A DNA stretch of 64,000 nt, taken from Okamejei kenojei. Its lineage: Eukaryota. The stretch covers positions 39,308,001 through 39,372,000 of the forward strand of contig CM069145.1 of assembly GCA_035221665.1 (NCBI GenBank), given 5' to 3'. A model generated the notes under the pieces. The model ran no database searches. It was not told the origin of the DNA and saw only the letters and a list, made by a program, of their open reading frames with translations. Both the position numbers and the translations under genes were made by a program. Position 1 is the first letter of the stretch. Each line of letters starts with the position of its first letter. This document shows positions 12,301-25,327 of this stretch, in pieces.

Positions 12301-13264
12301 TACTAATATATTTACTCAATCTTCTCGCTAGGGTCTTTGCTAATATTTTTTGGTCTGTATTTAGGAGTGCAATAGCTCTATATGAGCCTGGGTCTTCTAG
12401 ATCTTTATCCTTTTTTGGTATAAGTGTAATAGTTGACTCAGTTAGTGTTTCTGGTAGTTTATTTTCTTTAAAAGCGTATATATATAAATCTTGCAACCGT
12501 GGAGAAATTATCTCGTAGAATCTTTTATAGAATTCATTACTAAAGCCATCTGGTCCTGGCGTTTTGCCATTCTTCAATGAACTTATTGTTTTTTCTATTT
12601 CCTGTAGTGTAATCTGAGCTCCTAATCCCTCTTGTTCCACCAGATTTAATTTCGGAAGATTACAATTGTCTAAGAAATTTGAAATTTGAGTATTATTTGC
12701 AGAGGTTTTCGATGTATATAAGTTTTGATAAAATTGAGCAAATCTTTTATTAATATCTTTAGGTAGTGTTAGTAATTGCCCTTTGTCTGATTTAATTTTA
12801 GTAATTGTATTTTCTGTTTCCCGTTTTTTCAGTTGGCGTGCTAGGAGTTTATGAGGATTATCACCAAATTCAAAATGTTCTTGTTTTGTAATTTGAAATA
12901 ATCTTATTATTCTGGCCGATAAAATTTTATTTAATGTATATTTTAGTATTGTTATCTTATTATGTTTATCTATAGTTGGTTCTTTGGCATTTTCTAAATC
13001 TAATTGTCTAATTTCTTGTTCTAATTGCAATTGTTCAATATTATTCTTTTTATTTTGGAAAGCTTGATATCAGATTATAGTTCCTCTAATAAATGCCTTA
13101 AATGTTTCCCATAATAAAGAGGGTGAAATATCTGGTGTATCATTTGTCTCAAAGAAGAATATCATCTGCTCTTTTAAATATGTACAACCTTGTGAGTTGT
13201 TTAAGATTTGGGGGTTAAACATCCAAAACGAATTTTTATCAGGCATTCCTTCTAATTTTAAAGA
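9388..13264 (-). mobile_element. L1-clade LINE, 5'-truncated, degenerate ORF2 (reverse transcriptase and C-terminal Cys-rich region)
   Basis: Motifs GKTPGPDGF, YRAIALLNTDQKILAK, SLDAEKAFD, RGNRQGCALSPLLF, SLYADD (~11310-11325) and QFKILHRLY..CDKC. Poly(T) at ~9390-9415 is the poly(A) tail. Possible AATAATGTTG duplication (9378-9387, 13265-13274). Confidence 0.92.
11365..11920. mobile_element. Non-coding insertion with asymmetric inverted repeats inside the L1 RT
   Basis: Splits the L1 peptide SHPNI|HGYNTKHSNNKISLYADD. Inverted repeats at 11365-11376/11813-11824 and 11825-11838/11905-11918. Confidence 0.75.
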
Positions 13265-13922
13265 AATAATGTTGTTATGGTAAAGCTATTGAATTGTAGG
13301 GAAAATGGCTAGAAAAACATAAGTATTGGATTGCACTGGGAAATTCTTTAACTCATGTTACAAAACTTTGTTTCCACAAACCTATTATTAGTTTGTCAAC
13401 CCAGCGAACATTACCACCTCTGCCAATCCCCTTTATTTCTGCATGACTTCCGTTTCTGAAGCGGGAATATTTGCCAGTTCTCTGGGATTGTCCTGAAATT
13501 TCCAGGAATCAACCGTTATTCATCTTCTGCCAGCTACTGTTGAGAAATGACAGGGTTATTAAAAATGGGCTGTTCATTTTTTCCTGATCACCCATTTTTA
13601 ACAGTGAGATTCCACGGCATGGACAATAAATACTGGCACAGATAAGCATGTTAGTATCCTGTTACCGAATAAATAAAATAATACATTCCCAGAAGAACGA
13701 CAGACTGACTACAGAGCCTTCAGTAACTTATTAAAACTTCTGTGACTCAGCTGTGAGCTGCAGGTCACTGAAAACACATCACATTCTACCTGGAGTTCAC
13801 CAGTATAAAGGTTGGAGCTTCACCTTCACCACCTCTGACAGATTCCCACAGAGCTTGGGGCACTTAAGAGTCATAGAGTCATACAGTATGGAAACAGGCC
13901 CTTCAGCCTAACTTGTCCACAC

Positions 13923-15000
13923 CAGTGACGTGCGGTGAGGTCAATGGCTAGGGAGGCACTGGCTAGTATCAGTGGCCCGGCCCTCCCTGTATTGATCACC
14001 GCGTCACCCTGGGCAGAGAGAAGGGTGGAGCCAGGGCTGTGTGCATGAAGCACGGTGACTGGAGGGGCGGGAGTGTTGCCCCGGGACAGTGAGGGAACGA
14101 CCCACCTCCCCCTTCTCCATTCCCCCTCACACCCCCCTCCCCGTCTACCCCTTGCTTCCCCCTCCACCCCTCTACTCTCTCTCCACCTCTCTCCTGCTTC
14201 CACCCAGGGTAGATCTACCCGAGCCGAGAGTACATTACTCCAGCGCGGGGCCCCCTTATGCACGGGGGCCAATTGGGAGCTCTCAGCTGCACAGAGCCTC
14301 CGAATCGACCGCTACAAATCAATGAATCAACCTACCAGTCAGCGCTGCCCGCAGCTGGAAAGTCAGCGCCCCCAACGGTGGAGTCCAGTGCTGCACCACC
14401 GCTGCTGAAGCTCGCTAACGTGGAGGGAGAATGAGGTAGCGTCAATTACGTGGGCTGAGCCTACATAATAGATGCTCGCTCTCCCTCCACTGGGCTCAAG
14501 ACATGCCCCCTCAGTGAGGCAGATGTGATCGCTGCCTCCCCTGGTGCTTTTTCATTGCAGTTTTATGACGATTATATTAAATTTAGCGAGCCTAAATTTA
14601 ATATATTTATACGTGAAATAAGCTACATGGACTATGGAAGGGAAGGACATGTCATGAAGGGGTTTACAAACATTACATTGGTGACATACATAGAGATAGT
14701 AACAGGCACACGCTTATTGCCCGTGCTCCATCCAGTTTCGGAAGGGTTGCGCAATCAGAATGGAGGCGCAGCTCGTCGCTGCCTCACCTCATATCTCTCG
14801 CTGTATTTGCTCTGCGCAAATTTTGACTATAAAAAGTTATTAGATTCATATAGAAATGACATAACACAGATCAGTGGAAAAATCTTTACATTTATCTTAT
14901 TTTATTATTATTTTTAATTACTTTTCTTAACAGCTATTTTCATTGGGAGTATGACAATTGAGGCTCTGCCTCCCCTGTCTCCCCTGACCGCACATCCCTG
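13923..15000. mobile_element. Non-autonomous hAT-type DNA transposon
   Basis: Imperfect TIR CAGTGACGTGCGGTGAGG / CCTGACCGCACATCCCTG. Perfect 8-bp TSD GTCCACAC (13915-13922, 15001-15008). Inserted into a minus-strand CR1 3' UTR. Confidence 0.88.
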
Positions 15001-15330
15001 GTCCACACTGACCAACATGTCCCATCTACACGAGTTCCAGTTGCCTGCGTTTGGTCCATATCGCTCTAAACCAGTTCTATCCATGTACCTATCTAATTAT
15101 TTTTTAAACATTGTGATAGTCCCTGCCTTAACTACCTCCTCCGGCAGCTCGTTCCATACACCCACCACCCATTGCGTGAAATCATTATCCCTCGGATTCT
15201 TATAAAATCTTTCCCCCTTCACCTTAAACCTGTGTTCTCTGGTTCTCAATTCCCCCACTCTGGGCAAGAGACTTGTTCGTTCACCCGATCTATTCCTCTC
15301 ATGATTTTACACACCTTTATAAGATCACGT
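15001..15330 (-). mobile_element. CR1 LINE 3' fragment (its tail, 13870-13922, is displaced by the hAT insertion)
   Basis: Continuous with 13870-13922 across the TSD. Similar to 5655-5930. Confidence 0.85.
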
Positions 15331-15554
15331 GACAGGACAGTGTAAACAGAGTGCCAGGGAACTCTATTGGATTTGGTAACCTCCAATCCCAAATTTGTCA
15401 CGTGCTTCCTCTGATGTAGGTTTAGTTTAGTTTAGTTCAATTTAGTTTTGTTTCGTTTAACAACATGAAACAGCGGACGTTGAGGGAGGACCTGATAGAA
15501 GTATATAAAATAATGAGAGGCATAGAGAGGGTAGACAGTCATAGTTGAAGGGTC

Positions 15555-15855
15555 ACAGAGTGTGGAAATAGGCCCTTCGGCCCAACTTGTCCACGCTGAC
15601 CAACATGTCCCATCAACACTAGTCCCACTTGCCTGCATTTGATCCATATCCTAAAATTATCTGATGCATGTACCTGTCGAAGTCTTTTAAACAGTGTGCC
15701 TCAACTAGCTCAGGCAGCTCATTCCATATACCCACCATCCTTTGTTTAAGAAAGTTGCCCCTCAGGTTCCTATCAAATCTTCACCCCTTCACCTTAAACG
15801 TCTGTCCTCTGGTTCTTGATTCCCCTACTCTGGGTGCATTAACCTAATCTATTCT
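15555..15855 (-). mobile_element. CR1 LINE 3' fragment
   Basis: Same sequence family as 15001-15330. Confidence 0.8.
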
Positions 15856-16094
15856 AGTCAGAACCTTTTTACTTGGGTGGAAATGTCAAAGACTAGAGGT
15901 TCTTTGTGCCACGTTCTATGGAAACAGACACTTCGGTCCGTTGAGTCCACGTTGACCATTGATGACTTGTTTACACCGGTTCTATATTTGTACATGCTTG
16001 TGTCGTGGTTAAATTACTGGACTAGTAATCAAAGTTCTGAATCATTAGTTCAGTGACACATTTCAATTCGCCTCAGGAGAGATAAGGAATTATT

Positions 16095-16712
16095 GGGCGG
16101 CACAATAGCGCAGCTGGTACAGCTACTGCCTCACAGTGCCAGAGACCGAGGTTCGATTCTGACCTCAGGTGCTGTTTGCGTAGCGTTTTCACGTCCTCCC
16201 TGACTGCGTGGGTTTCCTCTGGGTACTCTGGTTTCCACCCACATCTCAAAGACGTGCGGATTTGCAAGTCAATTGGCCCTCTTTAAATTTCCCCGAGTGT
16301 GCAGGGAGTGGATGCGAAAATGGGACAAAAAAAGGACGGATGGTTGATGGTCAGCGGGGACTTGATGGTCTGAAGGGTCTGCTTCCATGCTGTAACTTTC
16401 AAACAGTCTATCAACTTCAGCAATTTCATGAAATAAAAACAGAAGATGGTGGAAAAACTCAATATCTGGAGAACCGGGATTGATCTTGACCAGGGGTGTT
16501 ATCTGTACAGTTTGTATGTTTTCCCCGTAACTAGGAGCTCTGGTTTCCTCCAACACTTCAAACACATACACGTTTGTTGGCTAATTGGCTTGGTACAATT
16601 CTAAATTGATCGTAGTGTATGCAGGATAGTATTAGTGTACGAGGATCGTTGTCGGCACGGACTCGGTGGACCGAAGGGCCTGTTTTTGTGCTTTATCTCT
16701 AAACGAAACTAA
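16095..16712 (+). mobile_element. Two V-domain SINE copies (16095-16405 and ~16470-16712)
   Basis: tRNA-like head gggcggcac...ggttcgattc, central domain, and tail gaagggcctgttt...ctaaac. Confidence 0.85.
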
Positions 16713-18231
16713 ACATATTTAGATGACGTTTCAGCACTCTGTGTCTTCTTTTGTAAACCAGCATCTGCAGTTTCTTGTGTCCACAAAAAAAAGCACATGT
16801 CTTTTATTGATCAGGATGCACAAAGCTTCCTGAGAAAATCGCTGGGAATTTTCCCCCCACCTCTCTTCCAGCTTCCTCCTCCCTTATCAAAGCAGCGTCT
16901 CTATCTGACATGTTAACTCCCATGTTTTATTCAAATTCCCATAAGAGAAGCTCCCTGCTTCATGTTTTGAACCTCCCAATATCTTCTGTTCCTTCTACCG
17001 CGTTATTATTTTCCCTGACATTCACTCAAAATATTTTGCACCATGCCATTGTTTTTTTTAAAAAGGATGCAATGTATGAAAGCTTCTCTCCCTTCACTTC
17101 CTGGTTCCCCCGCTTCTGTGCGAGAGGCCAGGGTGACAAAACACGATTGGCCTGGAATAAAAAGACTGAGCTCATTTCCAGCCAATCAGACCCCAAAACA
17201 GGGGAGACTGACATGGCTGCCTCTCCGCTAGATGGTGAAGGCAGGAAATGGAATGCCCAGAGATGTAGCCCGACCACTAGACTGATAAAGAAGTCTGCTG
17301 GACAGGGATGATTAAACGGACTTTAGGAGCGGGAATCAGAATCTCATTGCCTGAATGTTTTCAATAACCTGCCACAGAAAATTATACAGCTCTATTGTCT
17401 AATTGTTTTCACCTAGCCCACAGCTAACAATGGACTGTTTCCTTGATTATCGTGAATTTTTTGCATATCTTTCATTCATTTGTTCGATATCCCTCTAAAT
17501 CACCGTCTATGTCTCTCATTTCCCTTTCCCCTCTCTCAGTCTGAAGAAGGGTCTTGACCAGAAACGTCACCTATTCCTTTTCTCCAGAGATGCTGGCTGA
17601 ACCGCTGAACTACAGATTTTTGCGTATATCTTCGATTTAAACCAACAATTGCAGTTCCTTTCTATACAAATTCTACAGCATGTTCTTTAGGTTGGGTTTT
17701 AAAAAAATGACCCACAGGGAAAATAACACAAGGTTTGGATAGAGCCACTGTGTCTGAACCCACTGAAGAACACACAACCCTTTACACCTGTATCCGCCTA
17801 TCACTTCATATAGAAACAAAGAACTACATAATAACAAAAATAAACACAAAATACTGGAGTAAATCAGCGGGTCAGGCAGCATCAGTAGAGAAAAGGAATA
17901 GGTGACGTTTTGGGTTTAAGAAACCGTATGAAGAAGGGTTCTGACCCGAAACGTCACCCATCCTTTTTCTCCAGAGATGCTGCCTGACCCGCTGAGTTAC
18001 TTCAGCATTTTGTGTCTATCCACTTATAACTTGTCAGGCTTTGTTCTACCCCCACCTCTCTTCTAGCTATCTCCCACCATTACCATCAGTTTGAAGAAGG
18101 GCCCCGACCCGATAGGTCAACTATCCATGGTCTTCAAACATGCTGCCCGACCCGCTCAGGTACTCCAGCACTGTGTCTTTTTTTTGTAAACCAGCATCTG
18201 CAGTTCCTTGTGTCAAACAAGGTTACTGAAA

Positions 18232-18530
18232 GGTACAGCATGGAAACAAGTTCTTCGGCCCACCGTATTTGCACCATCGATCACCCGTCCAAATGAGTTC
18301 TATGTTATCCCACCTTCGCATTCACTACCTACAATTTCCAGAGGCCATTCAGCATACAAACCCGCACATGTATTGGGGTTGTGGAAGGAAACCAGAGCAC
18401 ACAGAGGAAACCCGCGAGGTCACAGGGAGAGTATGCAAACTCCACACACAGACAGCTCCTGGGGTCAGGATTGAACCTGGGTCTCTGGTGCTGTGAGGCA
18501 GCAGCTCTACTTGCTGCACCACTGTGCAAC
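18232..18530 (-). mobile_element. V-domain SINE
   Basis: Reverse complement of a full SINE, head at 18470-18530. Confidence 0.85.
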
Positions 18531-19492
18531 CCCTAAGTCATTATCAATGCGACCAGTGCTATTAAAGCAGCATTTCTGTGGTCTCCTGGGACAGAACGGA
18601 CAGGATCCTACCTCGCCAGAATCTCGCCCTGAGTTGTCATCCAACTAGTTCCACTACACTGATCTCTCCCCGCTGCACTGCAGTTGATTTTTCCTTTGAA
18701 TATGAATCCATTTTCTTTTGCCAGTTGCCTTTACATCTGTCTTCACTGCTCTTTCAGATCATAACAGCAATTTAAACAACTTTCACTTTCCCCACCCATT
18801 CATTTGTCACATAGCTTTGCAACCCCCCTTTTCAGTGGAAATAGTGACTTGTTTACAATTTTCAAACCATTGATGATTTTGAAACCCGCTGCTCCAAATG
18901 TTTTTCCACATAAATATAGGGCTCTATTTCTTGTATTGTTCTACAAATTCTCTTTCACATCCTGTCCCAGGACCTTTTTAAAATGTAGACCCCAGAGTTG
19001 GACCCAGTTCTCAAATGTGTCAAACCCCGTGAAATATATATAATCAAGATGGCTTCCTTTGTCACTTATTTCACCCTTCTAACAACCAAACCTCCTAATC
19101 TTATCCACCCATCACCTGCCAGACTTTGTCCCGCTCCCACCTCTTTTCCAGCTTACTCCCTCCCAACCACAAACATTCTGAAAAAGGGTCCTGACCCGAA
19201 ACGTCATCTGTCCATTTCCTCCACAGATGCTGCCTGACCCACTGATTTTCTCAGGTATTTTCTGTCTTGCTCAAGAGTCCGGCGTCTGCAATTCCTTGTG
19301 TCTCCAATTAAGAAAGCTTCCATGCTATTGTTGGCTATAACTCTGTGTACAACAGCATCATAAAAATAGTCTACCTATGTACAATAGTACCTCCAATATA
19401 ACAAACAATCTCACTACAGCATTATCAATCAAATATTTAGTGTCTAACTGACATTTTTTGGCAGAAAACAAAAGACTCGGCTAAAATGATTA

Positions 19493-21168
19493 AAGGTAGA
19501 CAAAAATGCTGGAGAAACTCAGCGGGTGAGGAAGCATCTATGGAGAGAAGGAATAGGCCACGTTTTGGGTAGAGACCCTTCTTCAGACTGATGTCGGGGA
19601 GGGGGTGGGAAAAAAGAAAGAAAGAAGCGGAGACAGTAGGCTTGTGGGAGAGCTGGGATGGGGGAAGGGAAGGAGGGAGAAGCAAGGACTATCTTAAATT
19701 GGAGAAGTCAATGTTCATACCGCTGGGGTGTAAACTGCCTAAGCGAAATATGAGGTGCTGTTCCTCCAATTTGCGCTGGGCCTCACTCTGGCAATGGACG
19801 AGGCCCAGGACAGAAAGGTCAGATTCGGAATGGGAGGAGGAGTTGAAGTGCTGAGACACCGGGAGATCAGGTTGTTTAGTGCGAACTGTGTGGATGTGTT
19901 GGGCAAAATGATTGCCAAGCCTGCGCTTTGTCACGTCGATGTAGAGAAGTTGAGACCTGGAACAGCGGACGCAGTAGATGAGGTTGGAGGAGATGCAGGT
20001 GAATCTCTGCCTCACCTGGAAAGATTGCTTGGGTCCTTGAATGGAGTCGAGGGGGGAGGTAAAGCGACATGTGTAGCATTTCCTACAAGGGAAAGTACCC
20101 GGGGAGGGGGTAGTTTGGATGGGAAGGGACGAATTGACCAGGGAGTCTGTGGAAAGCAGAAAGGGGAGGAGATGGGAAGATGTGCCCAGTGGTGGGATCC
20201 CATTGGAGGTGGCGAAAATGTCGGAGGATTGTATGTTCTATGCCACGGCTGATAGGGTGGAAGATCAGGACAAGGGGGACTGTCCTTGTTACGAGTAGGG
20301 GAATGGGGAGTAAGAGCAGAGCTGTGGGATATTGAGGAGACCTCGTTTATAGTAGAAGAGGGGAACCCCCGTTCCCAAAAGAATGAGGGCATCTCCGATG
20401 CCCTGTTCTGGAACACCTCATCCTGGGTGCAGATGCGGCGTAGACGGAGAAATTGGGAGTAGGTGATAGAGTCCTTACAGGAAGCAGGGTGGGAAGAAGT
20501 GTTGTCCTGATAGCTATGGGAGTCAGTGGGTTTGCAGTTGATGTCGGTCAGTAGTCTGTTACCTGTGATAGAGATGGTGAGATCAAGTAACGGTAGGGAG
20601 ATGTCGGAAATGGTCCAGGTAAATTTGAGTGCCGGATGGAAATTAGTGGTGAAGTGGATGAAGTCAGTGAATTCTGCATGGGTGCAGAAGGGAGCACCAA
20701 TGCAGTCGTCAATTTAGCGGAGGTAGAGTTTGGGGATAGGGCCACTGTACGCCTCGAACAAGGATGTTTCGAAGTACCCTACAAAGAGGCAAGCATAGCT
20801 GGGGACATGCACATGCCCACAGCTAAGCCTTGGATTTGGCGGAAATGGGAGAAGTCAAAGAAAAAGTTGTTGAGGGTAAGGACCAGCTGCGCTAGGCGGA
20901 GGAGAGTATTGGTAGACGGAGATTGGTTGGTTCTGCGGTCGAAGACCATCCTGGTGGGGGATGAAGATATAGAGTGAGTGGACATCCATAGTGAAGATGA
21001 GGAAGTGGGGGCTTGGTAAACTGAAGTTATGAAGGAGACGAAGAGCGTCTGAGGTGTCTTGGACATAGGTGGGTAGGGATTTGACCAGCGGGGATAGGAT
21101 GGAGTCGAGGTATGTGGAAATAAGTTCGGTGGGATATGAACAAGCAGACACAATGGGTCTGCCAGGAC
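19493..21168 (-). mobile_element. Penelope-like retroelement, 5'-truncated (RT plus GIY-YIG endonuclease, degenerate)
   Basis: IFTMDVHSLY, LTLNNFFFD..QIQGLAVG and NLIYCVRCSRSQLLYIDVTKRRLGNHFAQH. 9-bp duplication AAATGATTA (19484-19492, 21169-21177). Confidence 0.92.
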
Positions 21169-24100
21169 AAATGATTAGTAGGAAAGTGAGGATGCACGGG
21201 CGATCAAAGAGGGAAATCCAGAGATTAGGAACGTGTTTTGTTTAGTTTATTGTCATGTTACTGTTGTGTGCTATCCAGTCATTGGAAAGACTGAACATGA
21301 TTACAAGCAGAGGCCCAGGAGCTGTTGGTGAGGGAGGAGCAACGTCCAAGCGGTGAGTGTAAAAACACAGCGCGGGGCTTTGTTTTTTCAGAGGTCCAGG
21401 AGCCGTTGGCGAGGGAGGAGCGACTTCTGAGCAGTGAGTGTAAAAACCCAGCACGGGGCTTTCTTTTTTCAGAGGCCAAGGAGCCGTTGGTTGGTGAGGG
21501 AGGAACCAAAATCTGTAACGTTCTAAATCTGTAACGTTCCATTCAATTAACTGGGCTTGAGGAAGCCGCTGATTGGTGGGAAGTGGACTAGAGTAAGCAG
21601 CTGATTGGCAGTCAGATTCCAGCAGTTTGTAGTGTACTGTACTTTGTATTTTGTATTGTATCCAGGGTAAGGGGGAGTATGAGGCCCAGGGCAGTTTACT
21701 GTTCTGGATGTCAGATGCGGGAGGTCATGGAGTTGGATAGCCCTCCAGACGTCCACATCTGCGCCAGGTGTGGCGAGATGGGGCTCCTAAGGGACTGTGT
21801 TAGGAACCTGGAGCAGCAGCTCGATGACCTCCGTCTGGTCAGGGAGAGTGAGGAGATCATAGAGAGGAGTTACAGGGAGGCAGTCACTCCAAAACCACAG
21901 GAGGCAGACACGTGGGTCACAGTTAGGAAAGGAAAGGTCAGAGGCAGGGACTAGAGAGTACCCCGGTGGCTGTACACCTTGAAAATAAGTACACCTGTTT
22001 GAGTGCTGTTGGGGGGGACAGCTTACCTGGGGGTAGCAACAGCGACCGGGCCTGCGGTACAGAGACAGGCCCTGTTGCTCAGAAGCATAAGGAAAAGAAG
22101 AGGAGGGCATTAGTAATAGGGGACTCTATAGTTAGGGGGTCAGATAGGCGATTCTGTGGATGCAGTCAGGAGACCCGGATGGTAGTTTGCCTCCCAGGTG
22201 CCAGGGTCCGGAATGTGTCTGAATGTGTCCAAGATATCCTGAAAAGGAAGGGAGGGGAGCCTGAGGTCGTGGTACATATTGGTACCAATGACATAGGTAA
22301 AAAAAAAGAAGAGGTCCTGAAAGGAGAATTTAGGGAGTTAGGAAGAGAGTTAAGGAAAAGGACAGCAAAGATAACAATCTCAGGATTACTTCCTGTGCCA
22401 CGCGACAGTGAGAGTAGGAATGGAGCAAGGTTAAGGATAAATGCCTGGCTGAAGGACTGGTGCAGAGGGCAGGGATTCAGCTTTCTGGATCATTGGAACA
22501 TCTTTTGGGGAAGGAGTGACCTGTATAAAAAGGATGGGTTGCACTTGAACCCGAGGGGGACCAGTATCCTGGAGGGGAAATTTGCAAAGGCTACTGGGGG
22601 GACTTTAAACTAGAACGGTTGGGGGGAGGGACTCAAATAGAGAAAGCTAGTAGACAGGGTCTGAGGCAGGAGGCAGAGAAGGGAAGCACTCAGACCCAAC
22701 ATGTAGGGGGGAAAGAAGAAAAAAATAATAAACAGAGAATAAGAGGTGGTGCGTTTCTTAAATGTGTGAGCAGAGAGAAAGAGAGGTATAAAATGAGGGT
22801 AGAAGGAATTGGTAGCAAGGTGAAAATTAATAGTGGCAGGCTGATAAATCCAGGGCAAAAATCAAAAGGGGCCACTTGTCAACATAATTGTATAAGGAGT
22901 AAGAGTGTTGTAAAAACAAGCCTGAAGGTTTTGTGTCTCAATGCGAGGAGCATTCGTAATAAGGTGGACGAGTTGAATGTGCAGATAGCTATTAATGACT
23001 ATGCTATAGTTGGGATCACGGTGACATGGCTCCAGGGTGACCAAGGCTGGGAGCTGAACATCCAGGGATATTCAATATTCAGAAAGGAAAAGGAGGTGGG
23101 GTAGCGTTGCTGGTGAGAGAGGAGATTAATGCAATAGAAAGGAAGGACATTAGCTTGGAGGATGTGGAATCGATATGGGTAGAGCTGCGAAACTCTAAGG
23201 GGCAGAAAACGCTAGTGGGAGTTTGTGTGCAGGCCACCTAACAGTAATAGTGGAGTTGGGGATGGCATCAAACAGGAAATTAGAAATGCATGCAAAAAGG
23301 GTAAAACAGTTATAATGGGCGACTTCAATCGACATATAGATTGGGTGAATCAAATTGGCAGGGGTGCTGAGGAAGAGGATTTCTTGGAATGTATGCGGGA
23401 TAGTTTTCTAAACCAACATGTAGAGGAACCAACGAGAGAGCAGGCTATTCTAGACTGGGCATTGAGTAATGAGGAAGGGTTAGTTAGCACTCTTGTTGTG
23501 CGTGGCCCCTTGGGCAAGAGTGACCATAATATGGTTGAGTTCTTCATTAGGATGGAGAGTGACATAATTAAGTCAGAAACAAGGGTTCTGAACTTAAACA
23601 AAGGTAAGTTTGAAGGTATGAGACATTAATTGGCCAAGATAGACTGGTAAGTGATTCTTAAAGGGTTGACAGTGGATGTGCAATGGAAGGTATTTAAAGA
23701 CTGTATGGATGAACTACAACAATTGTTCATCCCAGTTTGGCAAAAGAATAAATCAGGGAAGGTAGTGCATCCATGGATAACAAGGTAAATCAGGGATAGT
23801 ATAAAAACAAAAGATGAAGCATACAAATTAGCCAGAAAAAGCAGCCTACCAGAGGACTGGGAGAAATTCAGAGTCCGGCAGAGGAGGACAAAGGGCTTAA
23901 TTAGGAAAGGGAAAATAGATTATGAAAGAAAACTGGCAGGGAACATAAAAACTGACTGCAAACGTTTTTATAGATATGTGAAGAAAAAGAGATTAGTTAA
24001 AACAAATGTAGGTCCCTTGCAGTCAGAAACAGGTGAATTGATCATGGGGAACAAGGTCATGGCAGACCAATTGAATAACTACTTTGGTTCTGTCTTCACT

Positions 24101-25327
24101 AAGGAAGACATAAATAATCTGCCGGAAATAACAAGGGACCGGGGGTCAAATAAGATGGAGGAACTGAGTGAAATCCATGTTAGCCGGGAAGTGGTGTTGG
24201 GTAAATTGAACGGATTAAAGGCCGTTAAATCCCCAGGGACAGATAGTCTGCATCCCAGAGTACTCAAGGTAGTAGCCACAGAAATAGTGGATGCATTAGT
24301 GATAATTTTTCAAAGCTCCTTAGATTCTGGAGTAGTTCCTGAGGATTGGAGGGTAGCTAATGTAACGCCACTTTCTAAAAAAGGAGGGAGAGAGAAAACG
24401 GGGAATTACAGACCAGTTAGTCTAACATCGGTACTGGGGAAACTGCTAGAGTCAGTTATTAAAGATGGGATAGCAGCACATTTGGAAAGTGGTGAAATCA
24501 TTGGACAAAGTCAGAATGGATTTACGAAAGGTAAATCATGTCTGACGAATCTTATAGAATTTTTTGAGGATGTAACTAGTAGAGTGGACAAGGGAGAACC
24601 AGTGGATGTGTTATATCTAGATTTTCATAAGGCTTTCGACAAGGTCCCACATAAGAGATTAGTATACAAACTTAAAGCACATGGTATTGGGGGTTCAGTA
24701 TTGATGTGGATAGAGAACTGGCTGGCAGACAGGAAGCAAAGGGTAGGAGTAAACGGGTCCTTTTCAGAATGGCAGGCAGTGACTAGTGGGGCACCGCAAG
24801 GCTCAGTGCTGGGACCCCAGCTATTTACAATATATATTCATGATTTGGACGAGGGAATTGAATGCAACATCTCCAAGTTTGCGGATGACACCAAGCTGGG
24901 GTTAGTGTTAGGTGTGAGGAGGATGCTAGGAGGTTGCAAGGTGACTTGGACAGGCTGGGTGAGTGGGCAAATGCATGGCAGATGCAGTATAATGTGGATA
25001 AATGTGAGGTTTGGTGGTAAAAACAGGAGGGTAGACTATTATCTGGTGGAAGATTAGGAAAAGGGGAGATGCAACTGGACCTGGGTGTCATGGTACACCA
25101 GTCATTAAAAGTAGACATGCAGGTGCAGCAGGCAGTGAAGAAAGCAAATGGTATGTTAGCATTCCTAGTGAAAGGATTTGAGTATAGGAGCAGAGAGGTT
25201 CTACTGCAGTTGTACAGCGTTTTGGTGAGACCACACCTGGAGTATTGCGTACAGTTTTGGTCTCCAAATCTGAGGAAAGACATTCTTGCCACAGAGGAGG
25301 TACAGAGAAGGTTCACCAGGCTGATTC

